Assembly: GCF_009914755.1 (NCBI RefSeq)
Contig: NC_060931.1
Strand: one strand, 5' to 3'
Length of the DNA: 64,000 nt
DNA from: the human T2T-CHM13v2.0 reference genome, Homo sapiens
Shown: one piece after another, positions 1 to 13,899 of the stretch
How positions within the stretch are numbered: position 1 is the first letter of the stretch
Layout of the letters: the number at the start of each line of letters is the position of its first letter
Notes under the pieces: generated by a model
Database searches by the model: none
The model's input: the letters and a program-made list of their open reading frames with translations, nothing else
What the model was told of the DNA's origin: nothing
Position numbers and translations under genes: made by a program

Positions 1-442
1 GTACTATCATGGCTGTCAGCGGAAGGAGGATTTTGAAGGGAGTCAAGAGAGGGAATGACTGTCAACCAAGCAGATACTTTATGAGAGCAGCAAAATTATA
101 TGATTTTGTGAAGTGTTGCTACATAAATATGATAGCAACTTTTTCTACACAAAGGGCCTTAGGCAAATCTGTAATTTTTCCAGTATACATAAAATTGTTC
201 AGCCATGTACTACTTAAAATGTTCATTGGTATGCAGCATACCGACCATGTGTTGAGAAATCCAGTTTGGGTAGACTTTAGAACAAAAATAACTTTCTAAT
301 ACTTTTAGAATATAAAAAGACTGTTGTATATGTGTCAAGTTCACAAACATAAAGAATAAGGTTATCATTTAAAAGAAAGCTTTATACAAAATACTTTTCA
401 ATAAAGAGATTATTAATATTTGCTTTTGTGCTTTTTCTTTAG

Positions 443-535
443 ATTTTAGCCTTCATCCTAATAAGAAACATCCCTGGATATGCCCGTTCAGTTTACAGTT
501 CATTTTTTGCTTGGTTTGGAAAAATTTCATTAGAG
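443..535 (+). CDS. CASD1: CASD1 penultimate coding exon (93 nt, ILAFILIRNIPGYARSVYSSFFAWFGKISLE)
   Basis: Polypyrimidine tract and AG at 441-442, GT at 536-537; 31 in-frame codons with the Cas1p/AT3-type 'FAWFGKISLE' motif that continues into '[10 protein letters not shown]' of the next exon. Confidence 0.95.
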
Positions 536-1451
536 GTTGGTACATTAATATTTTGCTTATCTTACACAGCCAGGTGTTTCATGTTTGTGTATGTACGTGT
601 GTGTGTGTAAATATCACACATATATGTGAGTATGAAAATCGGACGTACTTTTTTCTAAACTGAAGCTATTATGGAATTACAGGGAAAAGACTTAGAACTT
701 TCAACAATACTAAAGTATTTTGGAATGTTTTTAAGCCTTATTTTTAAATGACTAGATATAGATTACTTGCAAAATATTATTTACGTTGTCTTGAGCTTTC
801 AAGCACAACCAAGATGCTGAGACCAAGAGAGAAAAATATTAGACCAGGTATATAAATGAAATCAAACTGAGGGGATTTTGATTTTTTGTTCATCTCCATA
901 ATTAAATATATTACTGGAATTCAGTTTATTGATGCATACCATAATAAAATTTACCCTTATTATGATTGGAAATTGTGGGAGAAAGTATAAACTCATTACA
1001 TTTTGTGTAAGATACATAATATGAAATTATCTACAAAATCAGTTTGAACAGTAGGTTTTAAAATGTATTCTGAGTAGTCTAAGCTTTATTATTTGAAATA
1101 GAATGTTTTAAAACAATTTATATTGTAATAACAACATATATTTTAGAGTTTTTAGAGTATAGGATTTATTAAATTGTCTCTTAAAATAGGGAAAATAAAT
1201 TCCTCTTTGAGTTCTTGAATAATTGTTCTATTATTTTCTTTGGTCTCATTTATAAGAGAGATTGTATTAGCAGTTGGAGTTCTAAGGAGTAGACTGCAGT
1301 GGACTTTTCAGGGCCAGTAGTGAGACAGAATAAAATGGTTTTAGGAAAGCCTTCTAATGTTATTATGCAACCAAATTGTTTAAATTAGGGAAAACTGTAA
1401 TTTATTCATGGACCCTCTATAAATATCTGACTTAAATATTTTTTCTCCTAG

Positions 1452-1718
1452 CTATTTATTTGCCAGTATCACATATGGCTGGCAGCGGACACAAGGGGTA
1501 TCTTGGTACTGATACCTGGAAACCCTATGCTCAACATCATTGTCAGCACTTTCATATTTGTTTGTGTGGCACATGAAATTTCTCAGATCACTAATGATCT
1601 TGCACAGATTATTATTCCTAAAGATAACTCATCTCTCTTGAAAAGGTTGGCATGTATAGCTGCATTTTTTTGTGGACTCCTCATCTTATCATCCATTCAA
1701 GATAAATCAAAACATTAG
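1452..1718 (+). CDS. CASD1: CASD1 last coding exon ([27 protein letters not shown]...SSIQDKSKH*)
   Basis: Acceptor ttttctcctag ends at 1451; 267 nt in frame to TAG; matches ORF 1503..1718; hydrophobic TM segments; recognised CASD1 C-terminus. Confidence 0.96.
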   Translation, partial: LFICQYHIWLAADTRGILVLIPGNPMLNIIVSTFIFVCVAHEISQITNDLAQIIIPKDNSSLLKRLACIAAFFCGLLILSSIQDKSKH

Positions 1719-2975
1719 GTTCCAAAAATTCTAAAAAACCTAAACTCTTCAGGCTACCTTTGTGTGTCTCTAGAAGAGAAAAGCATCTATCTGGAGATAT
1801 AAATGTGTATGTAAATATAAACGTTTGTGGCAAGAGGACAGTTCTGTGACATCTGTTGAACATATGTGGTTGTATATATTGGAAATGTACATATCCAATA
1901 TGAAATACTAAAACAAACAAACAAACAAAAAACCAGAATGCATTGTATAGGATTGCATGTGAAGTCTTTTCTACTGAATCTATATTTCCATTTGTAAGTG
2001 ATTTTAAGTTAACATATGAAGGCAGGGAAATGATTACCTTTCCAGTAAAAAGTATAGATAATTTAATTAACTTAGTGACACCACCAAGTGTTTTGATATA
2101 ACTAAATTTGTGGTAATAAGACTGTCTGCACCTGTATTCATTGTGGAACTTCCTCTTTCATTGGAAACTTTCTTACTCAAGAATGACGGCAGTATTGTTT
2201 TCTTATATGTGCAATGAAGTGGAATGATAAACAGTATGCCTTTAATTTATATGTGTTCTTGTTCTGATGTTGTTTCCTGAAATGATTTTTCTTCCTAACT
2301 GTGGTTTTCGGGTATGCAAGCCTAAATCTTTGTACACTTTGTCTCACAGAATAGTTCTGAGGCTCCATGACAGGGTTTTGTCATTGTTGATGTTATTGTT
2401 GCTTCGTTTTATAAAAAAGCCAAAATTTTTTTTCCAATCCAAACGTTCACCTGTTTCCTTTCCTCAAGCTATACCAGTGTAATACCAGTTACCCTGTGGA
2501 TCCATTTAATATGTTATCCCCACTAATTAATTTTCGTATATTATTTCCAATATTTGGAAAGCTCTTTATAGCCATTTGGTATTTCCTATTACCCACCTCC
2601 TATTTTAAATATTTATCAGTCTAAACTTGTGCAGTGTAGTAAACATGCAAGTTGTTACGATTGAGCTGTATTACCATAAGTAGAATTTTAAGTAAACTGG
2701 TGAATTTGGGCAATAAATGTTTTTGCTTTTTGTTTGATTTTTTTTTACAAGCTAACTGTTAGAGGTATACATTTATTTATCTGTTGTACAGATTTGATTA
2801 TGATTTTAATGTTTGAAAGATTGCACTTGTTTGCTTTTACTATATGTGGGGTAAAATATATTTTCTGTTCACAGTATATGAAAATATGGAGTAATTTAAA
2901 CAGTAAATAAACATTCTGTGGATGCTTATTTTTGTATTGGCAAAGTATCAATTAAACTATATGTGTTCTTTTTCA
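1719..2975 (+). other. CASD1: CASD1 3'UTR (end approximate)
   Basis: Follows the stop codon; U-rich; no interspersed repeats seen; ends after a cluster of polyA signals. Confidence 0.75.
2712..2956 (+). terminator. CASD1: CASD1 polyadenylation signals: AATAAA 2712-2717, AATAAA 2906-2911, ATTAAA 2951-2956
   Basis: Hexamers read directly, each followed by U/GU-rich sequence. Confidence 0.7.
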
Positions 2976-4771
2976 AAAATGCTGGATCCATTCATGATTG
3001 GTTCAAATATCTAATTATTTCCTCAACTTAAATTTGCTTTTTAAATTGCTTAATATGTAGGGGTAGGTTACCAAATGATAGTTGGATAAGGAATCATTTA
3101 GTTATCAGAGCTTCAGAGGGTCATCTGCTTTCCACCAAGGAAGTTTAAGCATTATGGTTCATTAGTGATTTTGCTTGAAGATTTTAAAAATGTACTTATT
3201 ATTTATTTAGCACTGGATTTATGTGCTACTGATATACCTCCATTAATAGAGGAATATTTCTTGGACAGAGATGTGTGTTCTTTCCTTTTCTCTCTTCTTT
3301 TGCCCTTACTTAATCTTTTGACATTTCCCAGATAGACAATTGTAATGATTCATTGCTCTGCCTCCTAGACTGCAGCCTTATAAGTAGAGAATAGTATAGT
3401 TATAAATCAAAAACTTCCAAGTACTGTGATCACATTATTCTTGTTCATGTAGCTTGCCAATGAGTAGAGTGCATTTTAATTTAGCTTGTAAGTTTTATCA
3501 CCTGAAAAAGATTCTTCTTGATGAAACAATTGAAAAAGAAAGATGACCAGTCTCCCTGTGTATTTTGGAAGCACTTATGTCTTCAGTAGGGATGCCGCAG
3601 TGAATATATGCTTTTCTCTCCTATTTGAACTGAAGCCTAAAACTTACCTGGTGAGCCCTGTTTCTTCATCACTTGTTCTTATTTAATATAAAGCACTATT
3701 TTTTACATATAATTATATAATAATCTGTATAATTTAAAAATAATTTATTTGTAGTTAAAAATATTTTTTATATTTGATTTTCTTAATTAGTCTTAAAAGG
3801 TTATTGTGGAAGTTGCCACAATGATAGCACCTATATATACGGTAAATGTCTTAATATTTTATTTTCTGCATCGACTCAGATACTGACCATTTGCATTACT
3901 CAATCATACCATTCTTTAGAATAAGATTTTTAACAGGATGTTTAGATATGCTAAAGTTGAGATAAAACCACAGAGGTTCTCTAAATTCAGATTTTTCTGT
4001 AATAGAAATCACAGTCAGAAATCTACCATCTGGCTTTAAAAGGTACTTGCTTGACTGAATTCTACCTCAATCGTTCCTCCTTTCCTTTGCCAAAACTTCC
4101 CATTTTTGTGGGTAGCCAATAGAAGCATTAAAAATTCAGCCCATCTAAATTAATAATGTTTTACAAGGATGTGGGACCCAAGTTCATTTATTATTCTATT
4201 CTCGAATGACTTTATACTAAAACCTTAAAACGGGAATGCATCCTGGATATAGTCATTGATATCATAAACTGGATGTGTTCCATGGCTTGCATTGCAGACA
4301 ATTCAGTGTTTTGTGTAATGAATTGGATGTACCACATGGGAGTCTGTTGCATAACAGGAGATTAGGTAGTATTGTACTTACAGATTTTTGGAACAGTTGA
4401 AAGAAATTCAATTCTTCACATCATTCAAGAGAAAAATTACCTTTTTAGCTTAATAGTGAAGACTGAAATAAAGATTGACAATTTTGGTTGGCAGTTCAAT
4501 CCATCTTACCACTTTGAATATTTCTCTGCAAAGACATTCAAAAATGATTGCATACATTTATGACTTAATTTGTTCATTCTTGTGTTCATTCCCCAAATCA
4601 TAATTGTGATTTGGGGAAACTTATTTGGCAAGGTGTATTCTGGCTCATTTTCTTATTCTAAAAATGGTTTCCAGAAAAGGAAGTGGTCGTCCAAACTATA
4701 TTCCCAAAATTGTGGTGTTTGATGACTGATTTCCAGAATAGATTTCTTATTTTATTTAATTAATTAATTAA

Positions 4772-5059
<288 letters not shown>

Positions 5060-5232
5060 TGATTTTCTGATTTTAAATCTTACAAAAATTTAATGGCACT
5101 ATTTGTTCTGCCTTTCCATATTAATAGTCATAGTAGAAACAAGGAGACACAAATGGAAGCTATTTAACTGGCATTCAATGTGGTACCAGAACCTAAATAT
5201 AACAATATTGGAATACCCAAATTCTGTATATA

Positions 5233-5236
<4 letters not shown>

Positions 5237-5276
<40 letters not shown>

Positions 5277-5309
5277 TGTGTGTGTGTGTATATATATATG
5301 TATATATAT
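5237..5309. repeat. (TG)n/(TA)n compound microsatellite
   Basis: Directly visible. Confidence 0.95.
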
Positions 5310-5439
5310 GGAATAATTTCTTTTACAATTACGCAGACATTTATGTTCAAAAGTAACCATTATGAACAATTTGGGGGAAATATGAAATGGAATAAAATAC
5401 CCTTTGTCTTTCAGGGATTCAGCAGTAAAATTGTCCTGA

Positions 5440-5788
<349 letters not shown>

Positions 5789-6559
5789 AAAAATGTATTA
5801 AAATTCTTATTTGGAATTCAAAGTAAAACTAAGAAAAATGGAATAATTAAATGTATTTTCCCTTTATTTTCAAATTAAAATATCTTCAATATTATACATG
5901 CCTATGTTATATTAAAAGCTTATACTATCATTCAGTAAAAATAAAGCTTGATTCTATATCTGGCAGTTTTGTTGGTTTGTTTTGTTGTTTTAATTCTTAG
6001 GCTTTGTCTTTCTCTTTTCTATCCATCCTTAGTACTTGATTTTTGACTGTAGCTCTTTCATAAGTAGGTTAGTATTTGTTTTGTTTTTAACAAGTCACAG
6101 GGTCAAAGTCCTGCTGATAGACGGAATGAATATGCCTTCCTTCATAAGACTAGACTAGACAGGTTTTTGAAGATAACTAATATTGGGAGTGGCATGATGT
6201 GTTTTTCTTAGGTTAGTCAGGAGAAAATAGTGGCAGTTATTTCTGGTGTTGAGAGAAAACTAGAACTAAGAATTCAGCACTTTCTTTCCTTGACCCCTTC
6301 CATTTTATCCCCACCTCTAGACCCTGTCACTGGGAGAGACAAAGTGATGGAAAAACATTTAGTTGAAGTCTGAGGAATCCAGTACTTCCAAAGTACGTAA
6401 TGCATAAGGCACATGGAACTGGAGCCCTTTCTCAGAGACTACAAAATTAAAAATGGAAACTATAAAGAAGTAATACCTGGGCCAGAATATCCAGGAAAAG
6501 TTTTAGAGTAACGGGAGAAGTGGGATTTGTAAAGTTGTATATTTGGATATATTATTTAC

Positions 6560-7255
<696 letters not shown>

Positions 7256-9949
7256 AGAAACACCAAGCTGTTTTCCAAATTTCACTTGGTTCCTAATTCT
7301 ACACAGAAGGTCACTTCATTCAGATACCTCAATGTTCATTACATAAATAATTTAACTTGGAAGAACATCAGGAAACCACAGTACTCAAAGTTAGGCTTTC
7401 TATGGATGCTTTTTGGGAATTGCGGGGAGGGCAAAGATTTTTTAATGGCCACTGTTATGCCTTCCTTAAACATTTTCCAAACTAAAATTAATTAAGACTA
7501 GGTTATATTGAGCAGAACTTTGGAACCTAAATGGCCCATCTGTCTGTGTGAGAGCACAGATTCAATTTTTTTTTTTCCTAAAGAGAACCTCGGTCAAACT
7601 CTAGAGTATTCTCTCAGAAACTACTGATTATTAAACTCAAGTTTGCCTAAAAGATGTCACTCCTACACCAGCTTAATGTCTCATTAAGACAGTTTTTCTT
7701 AGAACCCTAGGGTGGCTGAACTCCAGTCATGAACCGTCAGCTAGCTAATATCTATCTTCTGTGAGTTTGACTGTGGTTAACAGTATTTATAAAGGAATGT
7801 TAGGGATTTGCTTTTTATCACTTCCTCAGATACTTTAGAATGTACCTGAGAATTAAGTCTGGCAAGCACCTAGCAAAGACCGCCTGGACAGTAACTTCCT
7901 GACTTACCCCTAGAATTTCTCTTGAGTTTGAAGCCATTGGTTAGCATTGCAGGACATTCTATAAACAATTCTATGAAACTCATCATTGTGTCAACTGTAG
8001 GAATGTTGATTACATCACACAATGGGCTCTTTTTGTGGAGTCTGAAGTTATTCTGACCTTACTGTAATATTTGCACCTCTTGTAAACAGTTCATTTGCTA
8101 CTATCTTAGGTACATTGTGAGTTGGCTTTTTATGTTTGCCGATAAGAAGCAAGAGCTAAATTTGTGCTCCATCTAGAAAACAGGGCACTTTGGTATTGTT
8201 TATATTAGTCTCATTCTTGATCCCTTTTTCCTTCTCATATACTTCAGATGATGTTATTTGGCTATATTTTGCCTAGCCTTATAAGCCATCTTACATTCTT
8301 TTTTGAAATGAGGCAGTCTGGTAGTCCTAAGTGTTTCTTCAGACCACACCAGTCAGGATGATCAAGAGTCATAGTATATACAAATGGTAGTAGTAATATT
8401 TTTGCCTCACTGGTTATGTTTGAAAATCCTAGTCTTCCAAGTCATTTATCTCCTCATTAGGGTCCCTGAGTTGCTCACGAAATGTCCCTATAACAAATGT
8501 TCACAGTTCTCTGCAATTTATGAAAATAAGGCCGAAAGTTCTCCTTATCCTGTTCACTTCATGTGTTTCTTTTCAGTCGATACAGTTTCCTTTTTTTTTT
8601 CTTTGAGATTACCAAAAATTCCAATGGTAGCTATGCCATTTCCTTCTCTAACTGCCAATTGTTTCCTCTTTTGAAATTGCTGCTCTGTGGACCAGATGTC
8701 AGGCTGCAAACTCAAGGTGTTGGTACACACTTGCCCTTATGACGTAGCAATAACCTCTTCTATGGATGCTTCTTACTGCCATGTCAACATGTTCCAGTCT
8801 GGGAGTGGTTTCATTTTAGACCAGGTGGTCTCCTACTGGGATGTAGTCTCAGCTGACCCCCTTTTTTTTTATGCCAGAGAATGCTGGAGGATTCAGGAAA
8901 ATTCCTGTATTTTACAGCTTAGTTTTCCTGGCCCTTCAGAAAAATAAGAGACACCGGAACAACCTGATATGATGGTACCTAGAAGGAGTAAGATCTTCCT
9001 TATGCTCAACCCTATCTTACATACAAAGGCCTTTGTAGAAACAGCAGTATCACCTTTAGGGGGGTTCTGCTCTATGAATCTCCAATGATGTATGACAAAG
9101 TGAGTAGTGACTAAATTGCTGGAGAAATGAGTAGCAAGAAGGGACATGGAACCTGAAGACGTTGAGTGGACCACACAAGAAAAGTGGTTATACTACCTCC
9201 CTCCTTACCCCCTTTTCCAAATATCCTAAACGGAGGCAACATTAAAGAGGCGTCTTCCATGCAAGGGTCAGAAAAGGCCTCTGTGGAGATAATAGTTAAG
9301 CTCTGGAAAACTCTTATACATAGCTAAGGAATTTGAGGAAAAACAATTTTTTGGTGGTTTGGTCAATTAGAGAATGAAGCCATAACTAATTACTTACCAC
9401 TTTCAATTTTTTTCTTAAAATGCCTGCTTATTTTTTTTTATCCTTGTGCAACTTAAGGGCTTGTCTTTTTCTTGGTAATTTAGAAGTATTCCTTGTGTAA
9501 TAAGGATGAAAACTCTAATTTTGCAAACACTTTTCCCAGTTGCCAGTTGTCTTCTGTTTTGACTGTTATTTCTTACATTTTTTGTTTTATCAAATCCATA
9601 CATTTTTCATTAATAGCACAGCCCTCATTTAGCCCCCCTCCCCCACGCCCCCGCTGAAAGCTGGCTACCATTTTTATCATTTGGTATATGTCCAGAGCAG
9701 TATCCCTAAGTGTGGAATGTGTTGCCCCCAGAACCCAAAGAGCCTACTAGGCACTAGGAGCTTCTTTCTTTGCAGTAGGGAATACAAGATGCAGCAATGT
9801 GTTTTTTATTTTGATGGACATGTCTTGTCATAGCCCTGACTGCTGGACTCTTAAAAAGTGTACTTAAGTGGCAAGACTACTAGTCTTTTAATGGCTTATT
9901 TCCCATACTCTAGAGTACGCATGTCTCACCAAGACCTCCAGTGTGATAA

Positions 9950-11752
9950 CCAGTTTATGAGCATGATGTCCTCAACATAATCAACATAATATCCTATGGG
10001 ATGTTTAGATAGTTTAGATCTCTTCAGACTATTTTATGACACAGCAAAAGAGTTACCATAGCGAAGAAGCAAATGAGTATTTTTGTCTCTTTCATGTGAA
10101 TGCACACAATTTCTGATTAGAATGGAAAGAACACATTCACTAAGCCAGTAGACATGTACCTGAGGCCTTACTACTCTGCTCTAGCAATGAAACTGTGTCT
10201 GGCACAACAGTTGTGGTCCAGGCTACTGCTTGGTTGAGCTTGTTGTAGTGTACTGATATTCCTCAAGATCCATCTGGTTTCTGCAGGGCCAGACTAATGA
10301 ATTAAAGTGATATGATAGGGACCACTATCCCTGCATTCTTTGGATCTTTAATGGTTGCACTAATACCTTCCATCACCCCTGGGATAAGAAATTGTAATTT
10401 ACCGTCTTTGGCAGTTAGGGAGGCAGTTTCAAAGTCTTCCACTTGGCCTTCATCCTCTATGATAGCTCTTGCCCCACAGGCAAAGGACCCAATTGAGGCT
10501 AACTTCAATTTTCAAGTATATAAATTCCAATTATACATTCAGGAAATGACTGCAGGGTCCTGGCTAAAGTAGTAGTAAATGGGGTGCATGGTCCAACAGG
10601 ATGGATCCATGGACATAGTGAACCTACTTTGGCCAGAACCCCATTTACTACTTAGTCTTTGCGTGCGCCCACTCTGAAGGCCATGAAAATACTTTGGGTC
10701 TTCATGTATCAATGTCAAATAGTTGTCAAAAAGGCTGGTTACTCTCCTTTTAACAGCAACAATCACATTAGTAAATGTCTGTAAATCTCTATGAGGGAAG
10801 AACTGAAGAAAGCTTTGCAGTACTCTATATCTTTGTCATTGCATTGCAGGGTTCTTTCTCTTGGGAAATTGGCTAACTCTTTAGGTAATGGGTTCCAGAT
10901 CTGAACATAGTCTCAGATCTGGGAAATCAGCAAGGAATTGCAGTGCTTTATTGGGCTACAGCTCTCAGCCTCCTGCTCCTCTATTCTTGCCTTCTGGTTG
11001 TATATGTTAAGTAGCACAGTAATTCGCTGCCCATCTATTTTTCCCCTAGAGACACCATATTCTATTATCTATGTATACTACTCCTTCCCATTAAGACCCT
11101 TTGGCTACCCCCAAGACTCTAATGGTAAAGCAACTCTGACACTTATGTGCCACTACCTGGCCTCTATTATTTTGGGGCCTATCAACCCATTGTGAATAGC
11201 AAGACTAGTTCTGTGTATATTCCCAACCCATGTTTCAGAGTCCCAGGCTTCACATAAGGGTCCTAAATTTAGCGTAATAGACCTGCCTTGGCTGAGCATT
11301 TAAACACCTCTGGTGCTCTGTAACCCTAGTTATTAAATCCTGAACTTACCACCCACTGAAGGTATAGTTCCTCTTTGTAAGCGTCCTAAAAGGTCCTGTG
11401 GCTGTAAAACTTAGCTTATGTCTGTTAACTGCCTTCAGCTTCTCATCCTCCATCTACAGGACAGTCATACAAGTGAGCAATAACCCACTGACTTAACTGT
11501 CCCTGTAGGTGCTGTTCCTCCCAAAACCTTCAAATGCCTCAATTATCACATTAGTAAGGATGCTTCCCTCCACCAGGACATTCTCCCAGGTCACCACTAA
11601 TGGAAATTTCAGCAATTAAGCTATCACCTATCCCAAGGACTTCATGATTCACATTCTGCTTAGTAAGGGCTTCTCGTTGCCTGCCGAGCATGAGTGAGCC
11701 AGTCTCCTAACCTCATCTAACCATATACATTCTCAGACCATTCCAGGTGCCA
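9950..11752 (-). mobile_element. Decayed ERVL internal region (gag/pro/pol remnant; ERV3-16A3_I-like)
   Basis: Minus-strand translations 'IPGVMEGISATIKDPKNAGIVVPIIS' and 'QKPDGS*GISVHYNKLNQ' resemble the ERVL RT N-terminus; 'LTLIHEDPKY' resembles ERVL protease; PBS-like TGGCACCTGGAATGG at 11752-11738. Confidence 0.8.
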
Positions 11753-11756
11753 ACTA

Positions 11757-12105
11757 TGTCACTTTGGGTTCCCTAGAAGCAGACAGAATCATATGTGCAA
11801 TACATTTGCTAAGGAAAATACTTGTGAAGGATAAAGGGGAAAGGTACCAGGGGTAGTCAGAGAATTGGGTAAGAAGAGCTTCAGAATGCAATGTAGTTTC
11901 AAGAAAGTCTTGGCTAGGATGATGGGGAGCTCCAAAACCAAGATTACCATTGGAAGTGTCAATCATTGAGCGGGAATGAGCTGGCTCTAGTACCGCTTCC
12001 ATGCCCAGTCATTGGCTGGGATCAGCAGCCCAGGGAGAGCCAGGACTTCCTCACAATAGGTTTTTTGAAGGGAGAGCTGAGCAGCATATTTTCATGTCAA
12101 CCACA
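11757..12105 (-). mobile_element. ERVL LTR (LTR16-like), 5' LTR of the element above
   Basis: TG...CA ends; 'gggttccctagaagcagac' start typical of reverse-oriented LTR16; abuts the tRNA-Leu-like PBS. Confidence 0.7.
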
Positions 12106-13899
12106 AAGAATGAGGTGAGCATTTATAGTTAATAACAAATGAATGCAGAAATTTACAATTAAATTCATGGGCTTCATCAAAACACCAGAAATAAAACTGG
12201 GAATAGAATCATGTATATGTGAAAATTCTTAGTACAGTGTACATAGAATTTTATAAGCAAGGAAAGGAGGGAAACAAAATATAATTTAATTTTTATCTAA
12301 TTTCTGATAAAGAATAGCTCAAGCATATAAACAAAAGAAAGCAAAATGAATGTGATTATAATACTTATAAAAAAGAAATATTTCTTAGTCAAAAGAAATG
12401 CTGCAAACAAAATTAAGAGTCAAATTGAAAAAAAAAACTTGACAAATAGACCACTTTTAACATCCTTACATAAAGAACTCTTACAATTTTTTTTAAACAC
12501 AGGTTTTCTCCAACTTATGGCTGTTTCATAGTTGAATGATTCCATATAGTACTTTAATTCCATTACTTTGGTCTCCATTACATAAATAGTTTAACTTGGA
12601 GGGTGCATCAGGAAGCAACACTGCTTAAAGCTAGGCATTCTAATGGAAGCTTTATTGACTTTTCTCTCTCTTTTTTTCAAATGTGCCATAGTGGGCTTTT
12701 GGTTACACCTTCCTTAAACATTTAACAGAGTAAAATTATTGAGTCTGTGCTATATGGAGCAGAAATCTGGGCCCTCAATTGACCATTTGTCTGTGATTAA
12801 GAGCAAATTCAGTTTCTTCCTGAGGAGAACCTTAGCCAGGTCTTAACTACCCCTCGGCTCATCATGGTGTGGCAGTATGATGGCTCTTCTGGTTAGGCTT
12901 TTTAGCATGCAGAAATATTTCTCCTAACCCTGGTGGATCCTCTAGCAGTTTATACTTGAATTTGTACTCTCAATCATCCAAACAGAATGGCTATACTCCA
13001 GATATTTACCAGAGGTGTTACACACTTTCACATTTATTCTGCTAACTGTGATGTTTAGTCTTACTGCTTCCATCCTTTTTTTTTTTTAATCTTTCTGTTA
13101 CAGATTTATTTCCTATTGGAACCAAGTCTGTGAGTTCACACCCACATACCAGATTTTGCTTCGTGATTGTCAGAGGCTAGTACTCATCCATCTTGTTTAA
13201 TATGTATTTTTTGTTGACTGCTCTTTATTATAGTGATTTATTTTTCTCTTTTCTAACATGTTGAAATGGCCTAGTTTTTATTTATTCTCTATTGATTTGA
13301 GCCTCCTATGCCCTGCTTCTGTCATACCAGTGGTTACCTTATCTTTCTTCAGAATTCTAATATCTGAGTAGGGCCATGTAAAAGAAAGACATATTATTGA
13401 AACAAAAATGAAAATTGCCATGAGCCCCTTTTTTACCTCATGAAGCATGTGTATACTTCATTTTTGGCAAGGTACTAGCCTTGAAAATACCAGTGCAGTA
13501 AGGGGATTTCAGAAAGAAGACACCAGAGAGTTTGTAAGCCCCTGTCTCTCAACATTGTGGTCATCTTTAAAATACCAGGGAAGCTATGTGGAGAGAACTG
13601 AAATAGGAATGTCTACTGTTGCCAGCCTATGCCTGCTAGCTTCTTTTTTCAAAGGCAAGGTCCTTTATTATTTCCTTGTTATGTATGTATTTTTGAATAG
13701 GGAATAAATTTAGATGGTTCAAAAATAAAATATTAAGGGCAGATAGTGAAAAGTTTTATTTTTCCTCTACAATTCCTCATCTACCTAGTTCCCATGACTA
13801 CTACTCCCCAACTACACACAGCCAGTCTTACTAGCTTTTTATGTATTCTTACAGAGTTCCTTTATACATTATAAGGAAATGGAAATATATATTCCTTTA

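Noticed and set aside
9-299. 96-aa ORF
   Set aside because: Lies in a CASD1 intron, has no recognisable domain, and shows no splice-consistent link to the CASD1 exons
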